Positions 56,313 through 64,000 of a stretch of DNA of 64,000 nucleotides are shown here, one piece after another. How positions within the stretch are numbered: position 1 is the stretch's first letter; the number at the start of each line of letters is the position of its first letter. The DNA comes from a virus. The translations under genes and the position numbers were made by a program. Where the stretch lies: IMG/VR virus record IMGVR_UViG_2802428897_000001. One strand, written 5' to 3'. The notes beneath the pieces were generated by a model, which saw nothing but the letters and a program-made list of their open reading frames with translations, was not told the origin of the DNA and made no database searches.

Positions 56313-57475
56313 ACGGCTCTGACGGGAAGTGGATCGGCTACGGGGAGGGTGATGAATCCGACGCGGTGATACCGATCGAACGCCGGCTGTTGCTCGCTTA
56401 TCCGAGAAACAGCCGCGCTATCGAGCACGGCGTCATCTTGGACCGCAAGTACACCGCGGCCACCAAGGCTTCGGTCATCGACATCACCACGTTCATGAAC
56501 AACGACCCCGGCGAGTTGGAGAGGCTGCAGCGCATGGGGATCGCGACCCCACTGCGTAGTGACGGCGTGGCGAACCTCGACGTACGCAAGGCCATCGGCG
56601 CCTATGTCGAAGCCCCCACCAACCCGGCGCCGTCCCTGTACCCGATCCAGGGCGTGTGGGCCGATTCGCGGGCGTTCCTGAACCCGCCGACAGCGCACAG
56701 CTTCGCCAAGGCCACCAATGATTTCCGCGACGAAGCGATGCGCCTCTACCGGCCGATGGCGGGCACACTCATCTGGCTTATCGGCTACAGCATGGGCGGG
56801 GTATCGGTGCAGAAGTTCCTGACCGCGCTCCCGCCCGAATGGCGCGAATACGTCGTCGGCGTAACCACATTCGGCGACCCGGCGATGCCCGCCGAAGGCA
56901 GCCTCAATGGAAATGATCCGGGGGAGGGGATCTCCAAAACTCCCCAGCCCTCCTGGGTGTGGGACCGCTACTGGTCCTATTCGATCGACGGCGACTGGTA
57001 CCCGCGTGCCCGCGGCCTGCTGTTCCTGTTGTACGAGCTGCTGACTCGCGCAGAGCTGACCTTGGATTTCGCCAGCTATCTGTTCACCGTGTTCCCGAAA
57101 CAGGCGTTCCAGCAGCTACTCGGGACCGCGCCGAGCGACGACCCACTGCATGGAGTGTTGAAGGGTCTGGCCGGACTGATGACGTCGGGGCCTGCGAATG
57201 TGTTTGGCGCGCTGCTCAATCCGCTGCAACTGTTCGCGATCCTGCCCGACCTGGTGCGCCTGCTATTCGACGCCATCAAGTTCATCGCCACCGGCGCACA
57301 CGGCAAGTACGGGGATCCGGCCTATGCACTGTGGGATGGCATGACGGCTGTTGACCACGCGGTGAAGACCATCCGACGGCAAGCGCCATACGGCTGCACA
57401 CTGTTCCTGCTGCCAGGCACCTGGGACGTGTGGAACCACGGATTCCAGTTCGACGTCGCCGCGCAACTCCAATAG
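56309..57475 (+). CDS. lysB: Lysin B (cutinase-like esterase)
   Basis: GYSMG nucleophile elbow, FGDP, GDWY; follows lysA. Confidence 0.85.
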   Translation: MNGSDGKWIGYGEGDESDAVIPIERRLLLAYPRNSRAIEHGVILDRKYTAATKASVIDITTFMNNDPGELERLQRMGIATPLRSDGVANLDVRKAIGAYVEAPTNPAPSLYPIQGVWADSRAFLNPPTAHSFAKATNDFRDEAMRLYRPMAGTLIWLIGYSMGGVSVQKFLTALPPEWREYVVGVTTFGDPAMPAEGSLNGNDPGEGISKTPQPSWVWDRYWSYSIDGDWYPRARGLLFLLYELLTRAELTLDFASYLFTVFPKQAFQQLLGTAPSDDPLHGVLKGLAGLMTSGPANVFGALLNPLQLFAILPDLVRLLFDAIKFIATGAHGKYGDPAYALWDGMTAVDHAVKTIRRQAPYGCTLFLLPGTWDVWNHGFQFDVAAQLQ

Positions 57476-57536
57476 CGTGCCTGGTTAGACGGCAATATCG
57501 CCCTGGTGGTCCCGTCTTTGGCAGTAGCCTGCCACT

Positions 57537-58619
57537 GTGAATTCGGACTCGAATCCAGATGAACTTCAAGAGCGCGATGACCTCATACTCGATCCTGGGA
57601 CACGGGAGAGGCTGCGCAGCGCGCTGGCTGGCTGGCGAGGCCCGAGCATTCTGTACAGCAACGCCCTCGCTGATGTTGTTGCCAAAACCGCTAAGCTCAC
57701 CTCGTTTTCGCTCCCCCAGTCAGTTCTCAACCGAGCCTCGATCCTGTCTGGAATTGAGGCCCATCGGTTGAAACTCATGGAGGCGGTCAAGCCCACGCGT
57801 GATATCCAAATTGGATTGAGCGCGCAGCTCGCCGACAGGCAGGCGCATTTCGCAAAGTTGAGCGCGAACCTCACGAAGACGATCGACATAGGGATCAGCG
57901 ACTCTGTCGCTAGAGTGGCAAAGCAGTTTGCAGCTGAGCAAGCATCTTGGCTCAAGACGCTGGGCCCGAGTATTGAGCGATTGCAGCGTGGCCTCTATCC
58001 GCCAAACTTGCGCGAAATCGAAGATCTTGATTTCGGGGACGTAGAGAGAGTCGTTATGGACGACGGCATCGCACTATATGGTGTCCCGCGCACTCCCATC
58101 GCGAAGGCATTGATCAATGCCGACACCGCCGCTAGACGTCGCGACACCCTCGGGCGTCGGTGGAGTGAGGTATCCGCGGACTGCCGCAAGGCTGTCGAGA
58201 GGCTCGCATCGGATGCAGTTGCTCCCTACGCGCCTTTCGCGTTAGCCGCGTTGGATGCTCTCGACAACAGCCACACCGAGGCGGCTCAGGCGCTCACGGG
58301 CTCGCTAGTAGACAATCTGCTGACCAGGTACTTTGGCAAGGACCGCCAGAACTATGTGCCCGACAGGAACGGCAAGCGAACCACCAAAGCCTACGACGAG
58401 TTCACTGTCCACCAGTTCATCGTGTTCGCCCCAATGTGGCGGGCGTACCAGCAGTACCATAACGGCGACCCAGTGCCGAGTACTTTCAGTCGCCACGCGA
58501 CGGCCCACACGGTGAGCCCGCGACAATTCAATCGCCGCAATGCAGTTCAAGGTCTGCTCTTCGCGACGAGCCTGCTCCTCTTCTTCGACGAGCAGGCACG
58601 GAGACTCGCTAACAACTGA
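57537..58619 (+). CDS. Accessory protein with C-terminal HEPN-like Rx4H motif
   Basis: FSRHATAH at 58491-58508; helical; leaderless-type TAGCCT-N6-GTG. Confidence 0.6.
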   Translation: MNSDSNPDELQERDDLILDPGTRERLRSALAGWRGPSILYSNALADVVAKTAKLTSFSLPQSVLNRASILSGIEAHRLKLMEAVKPTRDIQIGLSAQLADRQAHFAKLSANLTKTIDIGISDSVARVAKQFAAEQASWLKTLGPSIERLQRGLYPPNLREIEDLDFGDVERVVMDDGIALYGVPRTPIAKALINADTAARRRDTLGRRWSEVSADCRKAVERLASDAVAPYAPFALAALDALDNSHTEAAQALTGSLVDNLLTRYFGKDRQNYVPDRNGKRTTKAYDEFTVHQFIVFAPMWRAYQQYHNGDPVPSTFSRHATAHTVSPRQFNRRNAVQGLLFATSLLLFFDEQARRLANN

Positions 58620-58816
58620 CCTGAGCACTGCAAGACGGCGGTGGTTGGTGCCGGGGGCGTGAGCAAGGCCGGAGGCACGAGTGCTTTTCTCGGCCCCTGC
58701 GCGAGGAGAGCGCGCAGGGATGTGACATCACGCGGAAAGACTTTCCAGCGTTTGTCACTCCCGACACTAGAGGCCGGTGGCAACACCGTCTAACCGGTTA
58801 TCCACAGGCTGCAGTT

Positions 58817-59122
58817 CTACGGGTAGATGTGGTACTGGGGCTGCCCGAGCGGCGTTGGGGGGAAATCGTTCGGGTCGACGGGGTAGCAGCGGCCGGTGGA
58901 CGGAATGAAGCCGGCCACCTGACCGTACTGTCCGGAGAACGACTGCGGAGCAGAGGTGAAGCAGCGATCCCATGTCCCGTCGGCCTTGATCGGGCCATCA
59001 CAGTACTGCGCAAACGGTCCTGCTTCGCAGCCCGCGCTGGCCGGCGCGGCGAACCCGATGCCGATGCTAGCGGGTATGACAGCGGCAGAGACCGCTAGGC
59101 AGATGCGCCTGAACTTGGACAC
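58817..59122 (-). CDS. Secreted CDGP-motif protein
   Basis: Signal peptide ..APASA; YCDGPIKADGTWDRC; GAGGGGG RBS. Confidence 0.75.
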   Translation of the reverse strand: MSKFRRICLAVSAAVIPASIGIGFAAPASAGCEAGPFAQYCDGPIKADGTWDRCFTSAPQSFSGQYGQVAGFIPSTGRCYPVDPNDFPPTPLGQPQYHIYP

Positions 59123-59331
59123 GGTTCGGCTCCCCCTCGTTTGTAGTTGAGCGGCAGATTACAAGATCCCGTGCAGGTCAGGAGTGGTAACGCGTGTCTC
59201 CATGGTTCTGGGGGCGCACTGCGGTGGGCAGTGGTCGACCAAGATCTACTGCGAAGGGCCCTGCCAGGGCTTGTTCCCTGGCCTACGATTGCCGCAACCG
59301 CCAGCCGCGTGCGGTCGTGAATGGAGGGGAC

Positions 59332-59703
59332 ATGGGCATCGAGAATCTGATCAACAGCGCGAACGCTGGTCAGCTGGCTTTGCATATAGATGATGAGGCG
59401 TTCAACGAGCTGATCAAGGCCTGCGATACCTACATCGATTCATTGCGGGAACTGCATGACGACGCTACGAATCTGAGTTATCACCCGCTGGGGTTCTCGG
59501 AAGATCACCTGTCGTCGGGCGCGCAGCTGGCGGAGAAGTTCCAAGATAAGGCCGGCGCTCCGGACAACAGCGCTGCGGCGACGTTCAAATCGCACATTGA
59601 GCGTGTTGAGGAATTCAAATCGCTGTTCGTGGCCGCCCGGAAGGCGTACCAGCAGACCGAGGAGCACAACACGCGGGCTTTCAAGCCAGGCGATGGCCAC
59701 TAG
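59332..59703 (+). CDS. Small helical type VII secretion substrate
   Basis: C-terminal YQQTE (YxxxD/E signal); GGAGG RBS. Confidence 0.65.
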   Translation: MGIENLINSANAGQLALHIDDEAFNELIKACDTYIDSLRELHDDATNLSYHPLGFSEDHLSSGAQLAEKFQDKAGAPDNSAAATFKSHIERVEEFKSLFVAARKAYQQTEEHNTRAFKPGDGH

Positions 59704-60253
59704 CCGCTACGAGTGGGTCGTCGCGGCGCTGTCAACCGCCCTGCTGGCCTCGTGTAGCCACTCGGGTATTCAGAGCACCGCAGCGAGCACCACAACCGCA
59801 ACAACATCCGCCGTCGCCACCAACGCCAAGGGGCGGCCGACCGTCTCGTACGACCCCTGCAAGCAGATCCCGGCGAGCGTTATCGCTCAGCAGAAGCTAG
59901 ATCGACGCCCGCCGCGGCCGAATCGTTCTAGTGACGGAGAGACCGAAAACAACACCTGCGGATACTTGGCGCCAGAGGACTACGGGGTGACGGTAGCTGC
60001 GTCGAACTACACGCTCGACATGGACAAGAAGACCTATCCGAACTCGACCGCTCTCGATATCGGTGGTCGGCCGGCGCGGAGCTTCTTTCTCTTTGACGGG
60101 AACACTGATACCTGCGCTATCGATATCGCGGCGCCTTTCGGCACGTACGGCGTGAAGGTCGACAGCACGTCTGGCAAGTTTGGCCAGTTCCCTGATTGCC
60201 TCACCGCGGCACGTGCGCATCTGGATGCGTTCCTGCCGTATTTTCCTGCGTAG
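59693..60253 (+). CDS. DUF3558-like lipoprotein
   Basis: Lipobox LASC; YDPC..IP, IGGRPA, paired Cys. Confidence 0.75.
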   Translation: MATSRYEWVVAALSTALLASCSHSGIQSTAASTTTATTSAVATNAKGRPTVSYDPCKQIPASVIAQQKLDRRPPRPNRSSDGETENNTCGYLAPEDYGVTVAASNYTLDMDKKTYPNSTALDIGGRPARSFFLFDGNTDTCAIDIAAPFGTYGVKVDSTSGKFGQFPDCLTAARAHLDAFLPYFPA

Positions 60254-60330
60254 CAAACGGTTGGACTCTGGCGGGGCACGGTAACTACACGTATAGTTCC
60301 CGGATATCCGTGATCAGAGGGGGGCCTCTC

Positions 60331-60624
60331 ATGCCTGAAGAACCGCTTAGTGTGCATCCCGAGACGTTGATCCGGCAGGCGAATCTGTTGCTGGATGGCA
60401 TTACCCAATCCAAGGTCGAGCACGGCAGGCACCACGACACCCTGGCGTCAGCAGGTGCGGGGATGCTCGATGCCACCAAGGCGGCGCTGGAGAAGGCGCA
60501 CGAGGCGCTTGTAGATCAGACGCGCGTGCTTCATCACCAGCTGACCCAGCACGCGGACGGCATGCAGGAGTTCACTGGGCTTGCGGTCACCATGGACGAG
60601 CAGAATCGGGCGGGCTTCAAGTGA
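60331..60624 (+). CDS. WXG100-like (ESAT-6-size) protein
   Basis: 97 aa, LSVHPETL start, helical hairpin, DEQN end; canonical WxG absent. Confidence 0.65.
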   Translation: MPEEPLSVHPETLIRQANLLLDGITQSKVEHGRHHDTLASAGAGMLDATKAALEKAHEALVDQTRVLHHQLTQHADGMQEFTGLAVTMDEQNRAGFK

Positions 60625-61991
60625 CCACCTGCGATGGTGTGGAGCATTGGGACGATGAGGGCCTGAAAAACGTCATCGGCACTATGGATGGCATTCACAA
60701 GTCCCACGTCAAGCTCGGCGACACGCTCGACGGTGTGCAGGCCAATCTCGAAAGCTGGGGCGGTCTGACGGCTGAGGCGTGGCGGGCGTATCACGGCAAG
60801 ATCCGCGTCGATATCGATGCGCAAGGACACCAGGCAAAGGCCGTCGCAGACAAGCTGCGGCCCTTGTACGACGAAGTTCTGGGCATCAAGAGCCGCTTCC
60901 GCTACCTCAAGTCGACCATCGAAAACAACGGCCACTTCGGCAGCGACGGCCAAATGGTCCACTGGAAACTCAACAACGACGGCACCATCAACACCGGCGG
61001 CTCCACCAAGAGCGCAGATGAAGCATTCGCCAAGCAACAACTCGAAGACGAGATGAAAGCGTTGCTGCACAAGGCAGATGGCGTCGACCAGGAGATCGCA
61101 GACGCGCTCAAAGCCATCACCACGCCGGGCGGTGCAGTGGCGGACGGGCCACACGTCGGGCAGCCCCCCGTGCCGACATCGCCGCACCCAGAACCCAAGC
61201 CGGAAGACAAACCCAAGGCCGACGACGCCACCATCGCCGCCGGCACACTCACCCCGGCCGACCAGCTACCGCTTCCCTCCAAGGACGGAACGGTACCGAG
61301 CCTTACGGAAGCGAATGCACGGCACACAGGGCCGGAGAGCGGTAAAGACTTCCTGCACAACAATCCTCGGCCGTCGCCGCTACTTGCGGGGTTGTCGGCG
61401 AATGAATGGCGGCAACGACTGGCCAACTTCAAACCCGGCGACCCGCTGCCCGATCCACGAACTCCCACGGGCGACAAGAACATTGACACCATCGCACATG
61501 CCGCCGGGCAGCAGAACACGACCTACGCCTGGGGCGGCAACCGGGACAAGGACGGCCCCTCTGTCGGCACACTGCAGGGCGACCCGCCGCCCGGAACGCC
61601 CGGCGAGGGGCCACTCGGCGGCGGTGCCCACACCTACCAGGACAATCTGCGAACTGGCTACGACTGCGGCGGTTTGGTCCGCTACTCGCTTGAGCAGGGT
61701 GCAGGCATAGACGTTGACCAGGGCACCAACACTATTGACCGCGGCGGGAGGTTGGAGCGTGTGGCACCACTGGTCCCCGGCGCGACCATCGGCAACGACA
61801 ACACGCAGGCGGGCAACATCTTGATATTCGGAGGTTCGCAGCCTTGGGCGGCCAACTGGGACACCACCCACACGGGCATCTACCTCGGCAACGGATACAT
61901 GATCAATGCTCCCGGCTCGGGAGACCCGGTACGAGTGGATCCCGTGAAAGGCCATGGCAACGCCGACATCTTGCGGATACCGGGATCATGA
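60621..61991 (+). CDS. WXG-domain effector with C-terminal NlpC/P60 peptidase
   Basis: SWGGLTAEAW N-domain; YAWGG, YDCGGLV, HTGIYLGNGYMINAP. Confidence 0.85.
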   Translation: MTTCDGVEHWDDEGLKNVIGTMDGIHKSHVKLGDTLDGVQANLESWGGLTAEAWRAYHGKIRVDIDAQGHQAKAVADKLRPLYDEVLGIKSRFRYLKSTIENNGHFGSDGQMVHWKLNNDGTINTGGSTKSADEAFAKQQLEDEMKALLHKADGVDQEIADALKAITTPGGAVADGPHVGQPPVPTSPHPEPKPEDKPKADDATIAAGTLTPADQLPLPSKDGTVPSLTEANARHTGPESGKDFLHNNPRPSPLLAGLSANEWRQRLANFKPGDPLPDPRTPTGDKNIDTIAHAAGQQNTTYAWGGNRDKDGPSVGTLQGDPPPGTPGEGPLGGGAHTYQDNLRTGYDCGGLVRYSLEQGAGIDVDQGTNTIDRGGRLERVAPLVPGATIGNDNTQAGNILIFGGSQPWAANWDTTHTGIYLGNGYMINAPGSGDPVRVDPVKGHGNADILRIPGS

Positions 61992-62539
61992 AACGGGCCA
62001 TCATCGTGCTGGCGGCCCTGTCTGCGGCCTGTGCCCCGACAACGACGACGGAAACCAAGACCGTCGCTACAACCACTGCGATCAGCGATCCGGCGCTCAC
62101 CGCCCGATTCACCAAGGTCTTGTGGCCAACGATCATGGACTACCGGTACTACGGCCAAGGCGACCCACAATCGCCGCCAGGGCCGAATTCCGATATGGCC
62201 AAATTCAAGGCGGTATTAGCACCGGGAGCCACGGTCGATATCAAGCATCGTGCACAGGGCATCGGCGAAGTCCTCGGACCAGATGGGGTAGAACTGGGCG
62301 AGACCAATAATGTGAATCTCGCAAATACCTCCATCACGGAACTCAAAGGTTCCGATGCGACGGTACTTGCCTGCTACACCTACGATTTCACCGCACGCAG
62401 CGAGTACCCTCACACCAACGACCACGCAGTTCCAGGCGCCTCAGAGGTCACGTTCACCCTGCGCAAGACTACCGACTGGCTCGTGAGCGACATCGCCAAC
62501 AATCACACGGTGCCCGACTGCCAACCCAGCAAGGCATAA
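61988..62539 (+). CDS. Lipoprotein, candidate immunity protein
   Basis: Signal peptide with SAAC lipobox; ATGA-coupled to effector. Confidence 0.7.
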   Translation: MKRAIIVLAALSAACAPTTTTETKTVATTTAISDPALTARFTKVLWPTIMDYRYYGQGDPQSPPGPNSDMAKFKAVLAPGATVDIKHRAQGIGEVLGPDGVELGETNNVNLANTSITELKGSDATVLACYTYDFTARSEYPHTNDHAVPGASEVTFTLRKTTDWLVSDIANNHTVPDCQPSKA

Positions 62540-62651
62540 GCCGACACGTGTGACCACACTGATAACTGCCGGCTGATCGAGCGGTCCTGATTCGGCAGCT
62601 TGTAGCGGAAGCCGAATGCGGGGTTCCGCTAACAAGAGCGCACCTCTAATA

Positions 62652-62667
62652 TCGAACATGTGTTCGA
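62652..62667. promoter_or_regulatory. LexA (SOS) box
   Basis: TCGAAC-ATGT-GTTCGA matches the mycobacterial consensus; overlaps -10 TAATAT and start codon. Confidence 0.88.
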
Positions 62668-63010
62668 AAGGTGGGGCAGCAATCCGCGGTTCCCGACCCT
62701 GAAGCGGATCTATCGGCTGGTGTACGTCAACATGCGCCGGGCTTTGCCAGAGAGCGTGGGTGGAGGTGTCCGGAACCGCAACATCACGGTGCGTGCAGAG
62801 GGGCTGCGCATCGAGGAATGGATGCGCGGCTACCAGATCGCATGGATGCGGACGCACGATTCGCACTGGATTGGGGTGGTGCAGATCGACGTGCTCAGTG
62901 ACAACGAGATGTCGAGCGTGACGATGACCCTGTGGCTGGCGCCCAGCATGTTCCAGGTCGAGCGGCCGGACGGCTTCTACGAGAATCCGTACCGGCGACG
63001 GTACCGATGA
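62660..63010 (+). CDS. SOS-regulated hypothetical protein
   Basis: 116-aa ORF with leaderless GTG 7 nt after TAATAT. Confidence 0.7.
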   Translation: MFERWGSNPRFPTLKRIYRLVYVNMRRALPESVGGGVRNRNITVRAEGLRIEEWMRGYQIAWMRTHDSHWIGVVQIDVLSDNEMSSVTMTLWLAPSMFQVERPDGFYENPYRRRYR

Positions 63011-63134
63011 GCACCCGAATTGGGGTGTTGGATGATCCAACATTCCGATAGGTTTCCGCAGGTCGGGCATAGGTCTCAACAGGTCCGTTTTTTCGGCAAG
63101 AAAAGCTCTGACCTGCGAATATAGGTGGATAACA

Positions 63135-63162
63135 AGGGGTTCGAGTCCCCTTAGCTCCACCA
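63135..63162 (+). other. attR core: 3' end of tRNA-Ala (T-arm + acceptor strand + CCA)
   Basis: AGGGGTTCGAGTCCCCTTAGCTCCACCA; no 5' half upstream. Confidence 0.85.
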
Positions 63163-63163
63163 T

Positions 63164-63193
63164 AATCCCAGGTCAGACGACCTGGGATTTTTT
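63164..63193 (+). terminator. Intrinsic terminator of the original tRNA gene
   Basis: AATCCCAGGTC-AGAC-GACCTGGGATT + T run. Confidence 0.85.
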
Positions 63194-63467
63194 GTCTCTG
63201 AGGACCAGGAATGGCTGAGGGGATATCAATCGGTGCGACGCAGAAGTGGCCCGTCGTGGCAGGTGGCGTCGGTCAGCGGCGGTGGACCGCCGAAGTGCGG
63301 GCGATCGCGTTGGATCGGCCGGTTTTCTCGCGCTGAAGCGGTCTGCCGGTTACGGCTGTCGGTTCGGGGAGCCAGGCACATTTGTTCAATTCGGTGAGTG
63401 CGGCCCGCACGCGGCGCCAGGCCGACACGACAGCCATCCGAGGACCGTCCAACGGCTAGCAGCATGG

Positions 63468-64000
63468 TCACCCCGCACCCGCTTTGACGCGCAGCCGTTT
63501 CTTGAGTGCCAACGCGCGTTTCTCGACAACGAACCAGCTCATTGCTGCCAGGGGCAGTGTCACCAGGGTCGCCACGATGAAGAACGGGAACACCCGCAAT
63601 GTTGCGAGTCCCATGATGACGAGTAGCTGTTGGATGGGAAAGGCGTAGATGTACACCCCGTAGGACAGGTCATTGCGCAGGTTCAGGCGTTTCAATAGCG
63701 CGCCGGAGGCAATCACCAGATATGCCAAGGGGATTGCTCCCAGAACGCGGTAGTTGGGCAGTAGCCCGGATAGCAATAGCAGTCCCAGCGACAGGGCGAC
63801 CAGCGACCATTTGGCGGGGATCTTGTCCTGGTATTGATAGATCAACGCCCCGGCCGCGAACATGACTGCGAATCGGGCAATCATCTGGGGAATGGTGGAC
63901 ATTGCGAAAGCCGGGAAGCCGAAAACTGCTGTAGCGGTGAGGGTTAACACAAATGCGGTGGGGATGGTCCACCGGTGCTTTAGTAGACTCGAAATCCCGA
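63468..64000 (-). CDS. Host acyltransferase-3 family membrane protein (5' end outside window)
   Basis: DLSYGVYIYAFPIQQ, AMSWFVVEK; multiple TM segments. Confidence 0.82.
   Translation of the reverse strand, partial: GISSLLKHRWTIPTAFVLTLTATAVFGFPAFAMSTIPQMIARFAVMFAAGALIYQYQDKIPAKWSLVALSLGLLLLSGLLPNYRVLGAIPLAYLVIASGALLKRLNLRNDLSYGVYIYAFPIQQLLVIMGLATLRVFPFFIVATLVTLPLAAMSWFVVEKRALALKKRLRVKAGAG

Larger units (their letters stand above)
1..63162 (+). mobile_element. Prophage (temperate siphovirus), left end outside window, right end at attR
   Basis: Contiguous co-oriented recombination, terminase, portal, capsid, tail and lysin genes ending at a tRNA 3'-end fragment followed by a host-type gene. 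Confidence 0.95.

Noticed and set aside
63090..63162. Complete tRNA gene
   Set aside because: Only the T-arm and 3' acceptor strand are present; upstream sequence lacks the 5' acceptor strand and D-arm, so it is the att duplication
62441..63163. 240-aa minus-strand ORF starting MVELRGLEP
   Set aside because: Typical antisense translation of a tRNA 3' end, overlapping a better-supported plus-strand gene

Overview
High-GC actinobacterial DNA. Almost the whole window (1 to ~63,160) is a temperate siphovirus prophage, probably of the Mycobacterium abscessus group (inferred from gene content, not searched). It is truncated at the left: integrase, repressor and attL lie outside the window. It ends at an attR made of a tRNA-Ala 3' end (63,135-63,162), followed by a host acyltransferase. 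Gene order: early/recombination/DNA-modification genes (excisionase-like, YqaJ/RecE-RecT, FtsK-gamma fusion, RusA, C5 methylase, PAPS-reductase-like, HNH, WhiB, replication protein with iteron-like repeats); then a ~7 kb accessory island between the putative small terminase and the large terminase (res-like site with serine resolvase, lipoprotein, toxin-antitoxin pair, signal-peptide Gln-rich protein with an HxxD nuclease-like tip plus two envelope proteins); then cluster-B-like head and tail genes; lysis genes; and a right-end accessory block (HEPN-motif protein, type VII secretion substrates with an NlpC/P60 effector and lipoprotein partner, SOS-box gene). The clearest non-coding pattern is a putative late-promoter motif, CACCCC-N7-TANNNT, at fixed spacing before about 11 structural genes, most apparently leaderless. 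All product calls come from motif recognition by eye; no database search was run.
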